IMG/VR virus record: IMGVR_UViG_3300030419_007196
Span: 60,865 to 124,864 of that record
Source of the DNA: a virus
Reading direction: 5' to 3' (one strand)
Length of the DNA stretch: 64,000 nt
Shown: positions 9,828 through 21,000 of the stretch, in pieces
How positions within the stretch are numbered: position 1 is the stretch's first letter
Layout of the letters: each line of letters starts with the position of its first letter
The notes under the pieces: generated by a model
Databases searched by the model: none
Seen by the model: the letters and a program-made list of their open reading frames with translations, nothing else
Told to the model about the DNA's origin: nothing
Position numbers and translations under genes: made by a program

Positions 9828-9853
9828 TAATTAATTAGCTCTTATAAATAGTT
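9828..9853 (-). promoter_or_regulatory. Candidate late promoter (AACTATTTATA, followed by CTAATTAATTA)
   Basis: In one of the few intergenic gaps; TATTTA-like core recurs before other structural-region genes. Confidence 0.45.
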
Positions 9854-9881
9854 TATAAAAAATTGTTTTTATTTATGTTGT

Positions 9882-12800
9882 CTAGTAAAACTTTCCTTCT
9901 ATGTCGATTATCAATTCTTGAACATTTTTGTCTTTTGAAGATAAGTCTGTTTGATCCTCTCCAACTTCTATGTTTCCTTCGTCTTCCTGAGTGTCCGAAT
10001 CACCTATTGCAAATGGGACATTTCTTTTTAAAATCCTCTCGCACGTTCCGGTTTTTAAGCCAGTATCCTTACATTTATAGCCCTTTGAACAGCCTCCGGG
10101 CTGACCCGACTCAATACCGGGCTTACAATATCTAATCGCATCACCGGATAATTGTTCTGGAGTTGCAACTGGTTTTTCAAAAGTTTGAGTTTTTTCAAAT
10201 TCTTCTAAAAATTCCTCTTCTTCTTTGGTTAGGCCCGGGCCAATCATCTGTATTGGGGTTGGCTCATATTCAAAAACTAACTCTGCATCTTCAGGCACAG
10301 GTTCATCTTGTTTCATTTTCCTATAACTAAAAATTACGTTTAAATCAAATCTTCTGCGGGTCTTTTTAGATGTTATTCTTAGTTTATGTGACGGTAGATA
10401 TGGTTGCCCCGCCGGATCATTATCTTTAAAGACTACCTCAGAGTCTTGAAAAAGTCTATTTCTATAACTCTTTGATGTTCCATCAAAATCTTCCTTAACA
10501 TAGAAGCCCGGGATAAAAATTTCAGGTTTTAAAGCCGATTGTAGAAACGTTGGTGAAACATTTAATATTTTTCTAAAAAGCTTCTCTTTTATTTTTTCCT
10601 CATCTTGTTTGAAAAAATAGACCTCCAACAGCCCAAAAACATGGCTTTGCTCATTAACAATTCTTAACTTTAAGACTTTTGTTGGATCAGACATCACACC
10701 ATCAGAACCAACAGCCACACCATAATAATAATAGTCTACGTTTGGAAGAACATCATCAGTAAAGTTGGAGTATCGGGTGCCTAATATTTTATGTGGTTTT
10801 TTACCAAATGACTCATAATTGTCTGGCTTGGTTGAGGTTCTATAAATACGATATTCTTTTAAAGGAATGGCAAAAGTGGTGGCGAAGTCTCCAAGCTTGA
10901 TAACATTTTCTTGCTCTTGAATGTCGGTGCCGGCCGTAGAAGCTTCGGCGCCAACGATAGTGTTGACAAGAACTAGCGCCTTATTTGTTACACCTTTTTG
11001 AGTATAAATCTGAATGTCGGGAGGGGCCGGCTTAGTTATAACAGTTTCGGTTTCTAGTTTAAGGTCTGGTGAGTTTAACTTGTCTGGCGATGCAACAGGT
11101 GTGTGGACGACTATATCATATTTTGAGTAGTCTATTTTTACATCTACCGAGATTTGTTTGTTGTTGTATATTGGAAGTATCTCATTTTCATCGCTTGAAA
11201 CTAAATTATTTGGAACAGAGGGGAGATTATATATCTCTCCATAATTTTTACCATATTTGCTATTAAGGTCAAACACATCTTGAGAAAACAGTTCTTTTTG
11301 ATTTGGGTCCGGTAGTTGTTTTGGCGAACTATACACCAACTTTGTTCCATACACAAAATTTATTTGCTCAATATTGTAATAGTAAGTCTTTTTCTCCTTA
11401 ATTTGAGAGTCGAAATACTTTAGATAACCAGCAAACCCGGGCTGATCATTCATAACATAAATTCTTTTTATTATAGAGTCATCATAATTGGCGGTTCCCT
11501 TCTTCTGAGTTGATTTTGTTATTATATAACCCAGCACTTCAAATGGAGACAGGGTGCCAGCTTTTATCTTTTCAAAGTCTTTTATTCTTGATTTACTATC
11601 AACAGTAGATCCGGTCCATTTTCCGGCTGGAAATTTGTCGTCATATGAAACATTTGGTAAGTTATCACCATCGCTGAAATTTAAATTAGTGCCGGCGTTA
11701 GCATACAAGTCGACAAAATTTTCTCCCTGATTAAACAATACTGCTTGTAGATTGGTTGGAATGCTTTTTTGGTTATCAATATATTTTTTTAAATACCCGT
11801 ACTTTTTAACACCCAAAGAACTTATTTCATTTACCTTGTTAGAGGAATTATTAGATTTAAAATTAGCATAAAACTCTAAAGATGAGTAGGGTTTGACAAA
11901 TTCAACATACTGATTTGATTTTTCAATCAGGGTTGAGGCAGCCAAGACTTCTGTTTCAAAATTGGCAAATGGCTCGCCTTGATAAATAAAAGTTTTCTCA
12001 TCAAACTTGTTTGGATGACCTAGAGACTGATAATAAAAACTAAAAACGTCGTTTTCATTCGCTTCATCAGGCACGCGTGGCTCATTTTTTGTTTCATAAA
12101 ACGTTTTGAAAAATGTCTGAGGTGCAACTATATTCAAGGAAGGTTTTTGGTTGTTTGAATTCAATTCAAAATTATAAAAATCAAAAAATATGTTACTGGC
12201 CGGCTTTAATAGCAGGGATAAAAATGAAGCCGGGGAAAATGAATTAATACCAGAAACTGACTTGATTGGGTAAAAAGATTCAAACGGCAAGGGGGTTTTA
12301 GGGGCACCGGGCATTTTAGAAGCCGCCAATTCTGCGGCGGATATAAACTTTCTTCCGAATAATTTAAAATCTTTTGATTTTGTATTGTACAAATAATCCA
12401 TCGCAGCAAAGACTTTTGGATTTATAGTGAGGCGATAAAAATCAGGCTTGTTAGGAATTGGTAAAAAAGTGTTTGATGGCACCAATAAGATATTTCCAAA
12501 ACCTAGGTCGACCGCTGTGCTTGTTTTAAGTAGTGTGTAAAGCTCTATATCCTTGTCTGATTTTGCCGTTATGTCATCTGCAACAGCGTTTTGGTACTTT
12601 AACAACTGATTGCCCTTATCAGGCGCAATATTTAAATCTTCCGGTATTTTTGCCGTGTCCGGAATTAAAAGACTAAAAGAGTTATTATAGTAATTGTCGG
12701 CGGTATTATCCTCTTTAACAATATTATTGCTAATACTAAATTTTTGTGGAAACACCTTCTGTAGCTTGCCGCCGGCCTGAGTTGTTAAAACTTGTGCCTC

Positions 12801-13019
12801 TATTTCATTTAAATTGACTAGTTTATAATTTTCTAAAACAATACTTCCTAAAAGCTCTTGTGCGCTGGTTAATAAATAAACAGAATCAGACAACAGCATC
12901 GGCACATTTACATAGTCCGAATCAGGGCCAGACTGTTTTACCTTGAAAGTAATAGAGCCGCCCTGTTTATAAATAACGTTATTAAAAATTACAGCAGATT
13001 GTGGTTTTTGTAATGGCAT
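9882..13019 (-). CDS. Large putative virion protein with FN3-like segments and a C-terminal 4-Cys module
   Basis: EYRIYRT...FTDDVLPNVDYYYYGVAVGSDGVMSDPT resembles FN3 beta-sandwich; lies in structural module. Confidence 0.55.
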   Translation of the reverse strand: MPLQKPQSAVIFNNVIYKQGGSITFKVKQSGPDSDYVNVPMLLSDSVYLLTSAQELLGSIVLENYKLVNLNEIEAQVLTTQAGGKLQKVFPQKFSISNNIVKEDNTADNYYNNSFSLLIPDTAKIPEDLNIAPDKGNQLLKYQNAVADDITAKSDKDIELYTLLKTSTAVDLGFGNILLVPSNTFLPIPNKPDFYRLTINPKVFAAMDYLYNTKSKDFKLFGRKFISAAELAASKMPGAPKTPLPFESFYPIKSVSGINSFSPASFLSLLLKPASNIFFDFYNFELNSNNQKPSLNIVAPQTFFKTFYETKNEPRVPDEANENDVFSFYYQSLGHPNKFDEKTFIYQGEPFANFETEVLAASTLIEKSNQYVEFVKPYSSLEFYANFKSNNSSNKVNEISSLGVKKYGYLKKYIDNQKSIPTNLQAVLFNQGENFVDLYANAGTNLNFSDGDNLPNVSYDDKFPAGKWTGSTVDSKSRIKDFEKIKAGTLSPFEVLGYIITKSTQKKGTANYDDSIIKRIYVMNDQPGFAGYLKYFDSQIKEKKTYYYNIEQINFVYGTKLVYSSPKQLPDPNQKELFSQDVFDLNSKYGKNYGEIYNLPSVPNNLVSSDENEILPIYNNKQISVDVKIDYSKYDIVVHTPVASPDKLNSPDLKLETETVITKPAPPDIQIYTQKGVTNKALVLVNTIVGAEASTAGTDIQEQENVIKLGDFATTFAIPLKEYRIYRTSTKPDNYESFGKKPHKILGTRYSNFTDDVLPNVDYYYYGVAVGSDGVMSDPTKVLKLRIVNEQSHVFGLLEVYFFKQDEEKIKEKLFRKILNVSPTFLQSALKPEIFIPGFYVKEDFDGTSKSYRNRLFQDSEVVFKDNDPAGQPYLPSHKLRITSKKTRRRFDLNVIFSYRKMKQDEPVPEDAELVFEYEPTPIQMIGPGLTKEEEEFLEEFEKTQTFEKPVATPEQLSGDAIRYCKPGIESGQPGGCSKGYKCKDTGLKTGTCERILKRNVPFAIGDSDTQEDEGNIEVGEDQTDLSSKDKNVQELIIDIEGKFY

Positions 13020-13020
13020 T

Positions 13021-14220
13021 TTAAGTCTCTAGGATAAAATATTGATTTTCACCATCTATAAAATTAGTTTTGCACAAATAATTAGAATTCGTTGTCAAAA
13101 CTGTTCTAAAATCTGAAAGCAAAACAAAGTTTGGAGATGAAACGGAAGCATATGAATGAGAAAGCAGAATATATATTTCATCCATATCTACGGATTTAAC
13201 GCACCTTATGTTAGACCTAGTAGTATTTTCACTTTTAGAATCAACCAACTCTAAACAGGCAAAATCTATGTTTAGACTGGGCGCTTTAACTTTTAATGTG
13301 GAATCTTCTTTATATTTGTTTATTCTTTTAAAGTTGTTTTCAAGACTTGGTAGTGATTTAATGACTACTGTCGGAATATTTAATGACTTCGTGTAAGTTA
13401 CACTCGTCCTCTCCTCGCGGTTAACAACTAGGCCGTTTTCGATGTTAAGATCACTAGTCATGTTTTCATGCAACAACGGCTCAACAACTATTTTAAAACT
13501 ATGACTGATTTGTCTAACGGGCGCAGCCCGTTTGGATACGGACATTCCAACAGCGGAGCCGTAATTTCTAGTTTTTATTTTAATTTTTTGATCGATAAAA
13601 GATATATCCTGCAACATCTCTCGCTTTAATAAATAATAGGTCCTATCAGTAACCAAAAAATTGTTTTTTGAAGCGCGATTATATATTTCTTTGTTCTGGC
13701 CTGTGATATCCTGAAGGTTATAGCACAAACTGGTCAAATCTGGCAAATCTTGTGACACAATATCTAATTTGGACATCGAATCTACAGTATTAATAAAATT
13801 AATTGCCCTTTCTCGCAAATTAAGCGCCTTATTAACTGATATATCAAGCAAAACCATATTAAAATCGTATTTTCTCTTTCGATGTGGACCAAAAAGCTGG
13901 CTAAAAGCAAAATAAGTAAAATTGCCCTCAACTCCTAAAATGGATAAAAGTTCTGGCTCTATGTGCCTGTCCTCTTCGCGGTATTTTAAGTTTGAATTAA
14001 AATAAGTTGTTAGAAGGCCGCCGTGAGGATCGTTCATATAAGGGACTATTCTAATTGATTGTATATAATCTAACAAATCATTTTTTCTATATAGCGTTGG
14101 AAATTTTAAATTCTCCTGCATTAGGGAAAATATATCCACTCCAAAGTATGCGCGGAGGAGGTGACCTTCATTTGTTTTTTCAAAACTAGTATAGAGATTG
14201 CTGAAGTTCGATATTTTCAT
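13021..14220 (-). CDS. Hypothetical protein (structural module)
   Basis: 399-aa ORF in tight operon; no motif recognised. Confidence 0.6.
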   Translation of the reverse strand: MKISNFSNLYTSFEKTNEGHLLRAYFGVDIFSLMQENLKFPTLYRKNDLLDYIQSIRIVPYMNDPHGGLLTTYFNSNLKYREEDRHIEPELLSILGVEGNFTYFAFSQLFGPHRKRKYDFNMVLLDISVNKALNLRERAINFINTVDSMSKLDIVSQDLPDLTSLCYNLQDITGQNKEIYNRASKNNFLVTDRTYYLLKREMLQDISFIDQKIKIKTRNYGSAVGMSVSKRAAPVRQISHSFKIVVEPLLHENMTSDLNIENGLVVNREERTSVTYTKSLNIPTVVIKSLPSLENNFKRINKYKEDSTLKVKAPSLNIDFACLELVDSKSENTTRSNIRCVKSVDMDEIYILLSHSYASVSSPNFVLLSDFRTVLTTNSNYLCKTNFIDGENQYFILET

Positions 14221-15295
14221 TTGTACTAGCCCTCCTCATGTTAGAATTTGCAGCATTAATTGCGGAAGAGTCAACATCTATATTATGTACATGCGGCGGT
14301 ACCCCAGAAACATCATACAGGTCAACACACTTGGGATAACAATCACTTTGTGCCGGCTGTACAACAAAATTTATTACACGATGCATGTGATTGACTTTTG
14401 AATTTTGTGGGTTTACAGCCAATATTGCGTATCCGTTACCGTTAGTGTCTAAAACATATTTATGATTGTGGCCGGCATTATAAGATGTTTCCCCCTGTAT
14501 ATTTTTTAGTGGCGACGGTTTTACTAATTTGGTTTTTTTGCCTGACTCGGACTTTAAATCTTCAAATGGAAATAATATTTCGTCATTCTCCACCACAATA
14601 GTTGATTGAATTGAATAATCTGCGTTGTTTGACAGCCCAATAAGTATCGGGGCGTTATTTTGTTCTATAAAATCGATCTCAAATTCTTGAGCGGTTGCAA
14701 TATTGCGAACAACTTGACAATTGAACATGCTTGATCTCAAGTCAGTTATGGTGTTTCTAACCATGGCGATAAATCCGCTAGAGTCGCCATAAGAGGCGGG
14801 ATCTTCAGATGGTGGCACCTGTATAAACGAGATTGTCAAAACACTAGCGGGATCGGCAAAAGTAATGTTTAGTTTTGCTTTATTGTTGTCCAACAAGACT
14901 ATCTTGTTTATCTGATAGTTAAAATCAACCAATCTTGAGTTGCTAGAAAAAAGGGCATCAGAAGATGCAGATAACGTGGCCGTGTCAATATTTGTCTCTA
15001 ACACATTTTTTAAATCATCAATACTTACAATATCAAAGTCGTCAACAACGTTTAAAACTTCAATATTTGAAGATGTTTTAAAATAAGAAAAGATAGAAGA
15101 AAATATTTTTGATTTTAATTCTTGTTCATCCAAAGAAAGTTGGCCACTAGTTCTATTTGTAGCGGTTGTGATATAAAAGCTGACTCCTAAAATAGTCTTA
15201 TATAAGATCGATCTATCATTAATAACGCTTGTTGATATGCGGATTGGAGTCCCATCAATAAAAATCTTACTATCTAATTGTTTAAACATGCTCAT
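14186..15295 (-). CDS. Hypothetical protein with C-terminal triple HxH motif
   Basis: GHNHKY, NHMHRV, PHVHNI plus CxxxC. Confidence 0.6.
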   Translation of the reverse strand: MSMFKQLDSKIFIDGTPIRISTSVINDRSILYKTILGVSFYITTATNRTSGQLSLDEQELKSKIFSSIFSYFKTSSNIEVLNVVDDFDIVSIDDLKNVLETNIDTATLSASSDALFSSNSRLVDFNYQINKIVLLDNNKAKLNITFADPASVLTISFIQVPPSEDPASYGDSSGFIAMVRNTITDLRSSMFNCQVVRNIATAQEFEIDFIEQNNAPILIGLSNNADYSIQSTIVVENDEILFPFEDLKSESGKKTKLVKPSPLKNIQGETSYNAGHNHKYVLDTNGNGYAILAVNPQNSKVNHMHRVINFVVQPAQSDCYPKCVDLYDVSGVPPHVHNIDVDSSAINAANSNMRRASTNENIELQQSLY

Positions 15296-16065
15296 TCTTT
15301 ACATTCATCCTTTGGAACTTCAATTTCTAACTTCTTCAATTCATCACTATAATTTATATCCAAAACTTCATCCGTGTCAACCGATATATTAAAAAAGTAC
15401 TCTACATGTTCTGAGGACAAAGGCTCATCTTCATCTACAAACTCAAGCTTTTTTAAGCTCTGCATGTCTCCTGAAAATTGAAAAACCTCTAAAATAAAAT
15501 TTTCTTTATCGTCAAAAGCATTTTCTTCCAGTACTGACAGTTTCAGATCATCAGAGGTCCTTTTAATGTAGACTCTGCTTTTCTTTCCGTCCTCTTCAAT
15601 ATAAATTTTATATTCACAAAAAATATTTAATTGAGGAATCTTATCATGAATATAGTCGTCTAAAGTTGCCACCTTGCCGGCCTTCTCCAATTCTATTGGG
15701 AATTGTTTAATTGAGCCGGTAAACTCACCCTCTTGTGAATATATTCTCCAAGCCGGCTTGTTTTGTTGTGTATAATCATAGCCCCCCAACTCAAAATATT
15801 TTGGATATTCTAAATCGCCTTTTTTCTGTGGGAAGGCTACAGAACTATCCCACGTCACTTGCTCTTGAGTTATCGGAACATTTTTAATCCGCTTTTGTGC
15901 GTTGTTTTGGGATTCAGTAATGTACGCGTGCTTGCTGTCGTAAATTACCTCGTTATCATAAAAGGAATATGAATGAGGCTTAAACTTGCCCTTGGAGAGC
16001 TTTTCTCTCCCCTTTTCGGTCATAACCAAATCAAACGTTTCTTCTTTTTTATTAATAAACGTCAT
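15292..16065 (-). CDS. Putative virion protein, N-terminal paralog of 8890-9807
   Basis: FDLVMTEKGREKLSKGKFKPHSYSFYDNEVIYD. Confidence 0.6.
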   Translation of the reverse strand: MTFINKKEETFDLVMTEKGREKLSKGKFKPHSYSFYDNEVIYDSKHAYITESQNNAQKRIKNVPITQEQVTWDSSVAFPQKKGDLEYPKYFELGGYDYTQQNKPAWRIYSQEGEFTGSIKQFPIELEKAGKVATLDDYIHDKIPQLNIFCEYKIYIEEDGKKSRVYIKRTSDDLKLSVLEENAFDDKENFILEVFQFSGDMQSLKKLEFVDEDEPLSSEHVEYFFNISVDTDEVLDINYSDELKKLEIEVPKDECKE

Positions 16066-18080
16066 TATTCATCTTCCCTGCAATACACTTTGGCCGATAT
16101 CTGGCTTAAAGGTAAAATTGTACACTGGTCATATGGCCAGTTGTAAGACCAATCATAATCTAAATTTTTGTCATATTCTTGCCCAGTTTTCTTTTTAGTG
16201 TACACATCATAATTAGTTTCAGCCCTATACTTCGCTTTAAATGTTTGTGCACGAATTGTCTTACCTTCAAATTTAAAATCTGATCCTAAAACCTGTTCGA
16301 TTGGCACCGAAATGGTCTGAATTTGTGGCACCGATGTTGTCAGGCTCCCAGTTAAATTACCCTGCCAAAGTGCCAGCCTTTGATCTCGATTTAAGTTCAA
16401 AGAAAATTGGAATACTGCTGCGAAGTACGGAGCGATAGATTTTCTATTTAAAGATATTTGTCCGCTAGCAATTGTCAACTCGCCGGCCCGGGCCGACTCT
16501 CTAATCGACATAAGCCAGTCTAATTCTGGTGGAAACACATATTTTTCCATGGCTAATATTATATCATCAATAAAATCTGCCCCTTCGAATGTAGAATTTT
16601 CTCTATTAAGAGTTATTGAGTCTAGTTGTGTGTCGGTAAAGTATCTGAATCTTAGTTGGTTGGTTTTTTCTAAAAAGAAAAGACGGTTTAAGACACGGGC
16701 TTCATCAAGCATTATTGGTTCAGCTTTGCAATCTTTGTCATTTATGTATGGTATAACAACTACTGACTCTTCTAGGGGCTTGGTTTCTACGATATCACCA
16801 ATTTTTTGTTTGCCTTCAAAACCAAATAATTTCGCAGCCGAAATGTTTCCATCATTAAAACTTACCCTGTCTGTAATGTTTGGATTACCGAGAGGATCGT
16901 CCTCCGTTAAAATTCTAAGGTATATACCCTTGTTACTTTCATATTTTGGAACGTAAGAAGAGACCGTTGCAACGCTTGGCACATCACTTGAATAAGTGCC
17001 GGATAAAGCGGTAATAGTATAAGAAGATGAGGCGGCGTCCAGCAAGGCTGTTACGTTTTCTCCGTTTGTTGAAACAAACGGGTTTCCGTCCTTAGTTGAT
17101 CCAAAGATTAAATTATGCCTCATATCCATCGGAGTTACATTAGTAAATTCAGCGCCGGTGTCGGCACCATATGTACCGACGCCTTTGTTGTGCATAGAAT
17201 AGCTAGCGCTTGCTAGATACTCTTCAAAGCTCAATTCTTCTAGGGCGTCTGACGCCGGCTGGTATTCTATTTTTAACAATCTTCTATCTGGTACATTTAA
17301 TTTTGATCTTAGCATAGGGTTAGATGAAGTTACCTCAAAGCCCTTGAAGTCTGTTGAACCTTGGTTAAAAACATCCACGGTGTGTTTGCCTAGGCCGCCA
17401 TAAGGTAGTTGTGGATACCATGGCCACGCTCCTATAAAATCAAAATTAGTGGTTGGCATGTAATCATTATCTATAGCAACCCACATAACAACATTACGAA
17501 TTTTGTTATTGCTTCCCAGAACACGCTCACTAATTTTAAATTTACCTGTTACTGGGTCTGGCTTTTTAGTAGACTTAATTATACTTCTTTTAACTCCGTA
17601 AAAGTTTTCTATTTCACAAAAATAATTTTGCATAGCTAAAGAAGAAGCTGGCGAGTAGCCCTTTGTTTTTATTTCTGTATAAGACGCCGTTGTGTTTGTT
17701 GCATAAATTGTATCGAACTCATATACAAAATTCGGCAGCTTGCTAGAGTCCCAAAGAGCATTAACCGGTACATAATCAGACGAAACAAAGTTTCCTGATA
17801 CTGTAGGGACATTCGAAGCGCTATATGCGTTTGGATAACTTCTAGTTGGGTTTGTTCTTACCGCGTAACTTGTGTTTAAGCCAAGCAGGTGTGAGTTATA
17901 CATTAAACGACTGCCAAGGGCCGGCACCGATTGTGAATTCTGAAAATTGGTGTAAATTACAGAGCCGCTTATATCTTCATACCATTTCTTCAAAACAGTA
18001 GTTGATCTTGTTTGCCAATAAAAATCTTTGTACGGCAAAAATTGTAACGCAGAATGACACTCAAATTCTAATTTCTTCAC
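16065..18080 (-). CDS. Putative virion protein
   Basis: 671 aa, GTG start after GAGGTAGGTG; S/T-rich; C-terminal WSYNWPYD. Confidence 0.6.
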   Translation of the reverse strand: MKKLEFECHSALQFLPYKDFYWQTRSTTVLKKWYEDISGSVIYTNFQNSQSVPALGSRLMYNSHLLGLNTSYAVRTNPTRSYPNAYSASNVPTVSGNFVSSDYVPVNALWDSSKLPNFVYEFDTIYATNTTASYTEIKTKGYSPASSLAMQNYFCEIENFYGVKRSIIKSTKKPDPVTGKFKISERVLGSNNKIRNVVMWVAIDNDYMPTTNFDFIGAWPWYPQLPYGGLGKHTVDVFNQGSTDFKGFEVTSSNPMLRSKLNVPDRRLLKIEYQPASDALEELSFEEYLASASYSMHNKGVGTYGADTGAEFTNVTPMDMRHNLIFGSTKDGNPFVSTNGENVTALLDAASSSYTITALSGTYSSDVPSVATVSSYVPKYESNKGIYLRILTEDDPLGNPNITDRVSFNDGNISAAKLFGFEGKQKIGDIVETKPLEESVVVIPYINDKDCKAEPIMLDEARVLNRLFFLEKTNQLRFRYFTDTQLDSITLNRENSTFEGADFIDDIILAMEKYVFPPELDWLMSIRESARAGELTIASGQISLNRKSIAPYFAAVFQFSLNLNRDQRLALWQGNLTGSLTTSVPQIQTISVPIEQVLGSDFKFEGKTIRAQTFKAKYRAETNYDVYTKKKTGQEYDKNLDYDWSYNWPYDQCTILPLSQISAKVYCREDE

Positions 18081-18093
18081 TTATACACCTACC

Positions 18094-21000
18094 TCAAAAC
18101 TTATCAATCTGTCTATGAATATCTTTCAATTCAAAAATTTCTTCTGTATAGCACGCCTCGCCCAACAAGCTCTTTCCCGAAGAGGGGTGGCCAAACAAGG
18201 TGAAGGAGCTTTCTACGTCTTCACCCTTTAAATAATTATCAACTGTATTCTCTCTTCTGTACTCTACAATCGCGCCCTTTGAAGGATTGTCTATTGCATT
18301 AATTGTAACAGTTTCATCAAAATATCTAAATGGTTTTCTATCATTAACAAAATCTGGACTAACTGAATCTGGCCGATTTGCAAAATTAATCTTATAGCCT
18401 AAAGACAGTTGAGCGAAAGTAGCGATCTCAAACGGCCCAGTTGAAATGTTTGCAAAGTGTTTAAACGCCTCATTATGGTTGATTGCCATCAATTCGCCAT
18501 CATGGGTTGTTATTGTCACCCCAAAGTTTTTCTCAATTTCGAAAGTTTCAACTGGCCATGAGGAGAATAAACAATTTAAATATTCGCCACTTATACCTTC
18601 ATAAGGCTGGCCTAGCGAATTGTTGACCAAGGCGATTTTTCTAACAGCGGTTCTCTGATCAAAGCCAACCTCTCGATCGTATTGCGTTAGTGTTTGTAAT
18701 ATTTTTTGGCGCCTCGGATAAATATACTCACCAAAATCAAAGTACTTTAGTTCAAAATTGCTTCTTTCTCTAACATTTTCGTCAAAAATGCAAATGTATC
18801 TATGGTTAGAACTTATATCTAAAATTTTCGTTTTATATTCATTAGGTAGTGCTCTAAAATTAGTCGAACCACTAGTAAAATACTCTGACAATCTTGGATA
18901 TGAAATCTCATAATTTGTAGCATGAAGTGTATCGTCGCTCAAATTTTTGACTATAGCCGTATTTAACAAGCCCTTAGAAAATATTGGCGCTGTTTCGATT
19001 CTTACTGTCCCTTCGTCTTCTCTAGTCTCCGATATTTCTACAGGGATAGAATTTCTATATGTGCTGTTTTTAAGGACTGGCTGGACATGTCGCAATCTAG
19101 CTGCGCCTAGTGAGTGTTTATATGGCCCACTAGAGTTTAAGAAATACATATGAAGTTTTTTGCCTTCGGCTATACCTGCTGTAATATTGGGGTTTGTTGC
19201 CGACCCACTTGTCATGCCATCAATTTCATAACCAGACGCGCCAACGGTAACATCCCTGCCCACAACAATATTTGTGCCATGAAAATCTATGCGTTGAGAG
19301 CCAAACGGAGTTGCTGTGACAACCTCTTCGCTATTTGGAATTGTAATGCTGGCCTCTTCATCATAATAAGAAGCAGTTAAAGGCGCGTAATCTAGAATAT
19401 CAGTCGCTATGGATGAAAAGTGAGAATTCACATATGGTGCATTATTATAGTCGCCTAGGCGAATAATGTTTGTTGCCCTGAACCATCTTTGATCGTAATT
19501 ATTTTGTGAGTTCCTTGTTATGTATGCACTATCGTATTCAACAACATATGACTGTAATTCATCTGTTGTGCGGCGGCGGTCAGCGACCTCCAGCCTCAAG
19601 TGAGGATTTGGATTTCCAGAGTATATTGCGGTGCCAGCCCCTTGACCGATAGAACGATAACTATGTCCATCATTAGCCAGCGGCGTTGAATAAGCTTTTC
19701 TTAAAGCCCTTTTGATATTTAAATTTTTATAATTTAAATTCTGTTGTGGCGAAGCTTGCTCGTTCTCAAGATCATACCTATCTCTAAAAATAGCGCGGTC
19801 GACTGCACGAATCTCTGAGGTACTCGACGTGTTTTCAACCCTACTAATTGCCTTTCTATCATATGCTGCCAAGCCAGATATTTCTTCAACCATTACAGTC
19901 TTGGCTGCAGAGTAAGAAAAAATATTGCCGCTGACAGCAAGTGTTGATATGTCACGATCACTTGGAGTAATTCCAAATATTTCACCGGATGTTCCATCCC
20001 AGTTAAAGCCAGATTTATATTTTGTAATATAGCTTCTCTTAACTTCGTGCACTAAGTTCGTTGGTATGCTAGAGTTTACCTTGAAGGAGCCTGCATTATC
20101 TGATTTTATCTGCGGGCTTTGAATGCGGATATCCGGATTTGCGCCGGCCGAGCCAACCATAATGTTTACAGAATATTTTTCTTTCCTATCAGCTTCATCT
20201 TTTAAAAGTTGAGAATCAAGAGTTTTTATACCGACAGAAGACACAACTGACGGCTTTTGCTGGTATACCTCAAAGCCGATCCCAGAATTAAATGGCCTGT
20301 TTGAAGAAGATAAAATCTGAATTCCCATAGGACCCAAAAGCGTATCAGCCGTATATTCTCCATAGGCTTCAGAGCTAGAATCTCCTACACTTGCTAATGC
20401 GCGGTGAAATCTTTTGCCGTATAGGGCAGTATCCGCGTGATCCTCAATCAAAGGGGCGGAAGAGCTTTGTATGGTTACCAAAATCCCATCTGCACTTGTA
20501 TCTTGAAATCTTCTTGTTTGTAGGAAAATATCATCACTATTAGAAGTGTTTGTACTGAGCGTTTCACCTTTTATGGCGCGAGCCTGACCACGAACAGCAT
20601 ATGGCGTCGATGCGGCCATGGCATTTCTAGTTTTAATTATTATATCAAGCTGAGTACGCAACGTATCGACATCTTTGGTGCCAACAATAATAGGGCTGCC
20701 GTTTCTGTCTTTTTCAGCCCGGTCTTTCATATAAACATATCTTTTAACAAAATTGCCATCTGAATTTGGTAGTCTTGTTACCTCTTTTGACCTCTCAAGT
20801 GATCGATTTGCCTCGTCAAAACCCTCTTCATCCACATAGTTGCCGCCACCCTTATAGCTTAATGTTGGGTCGCCCTTTGTTGTTAAGGTTGTTGCTGATT
20901 TGATGGCCGCTTTAGGATAGTCTGTTGAAACTGTAAATTCAGAATCATCTTGAGTTGCACCAATAGTTAAATCTGGACGGTTATTAACGTTTGTTAGTGT

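Noticed and set aside
9843-9850. Perfect T4 late promoter TATAAATA on the plus strand
   Set aside because: No credible plus-strand gene follows; better read as minus-strand CTATTTATA
18080-18096. Stop-codon readthrough or recoding joining the 2148-aa and 671-aa ORFs
   Set aside because: The 13-nt gap puts them out of frame and the second ORF has its own SD; TAA, TAG and TGA all act as stops in the window. An ancestral single gene remains possible but is untested
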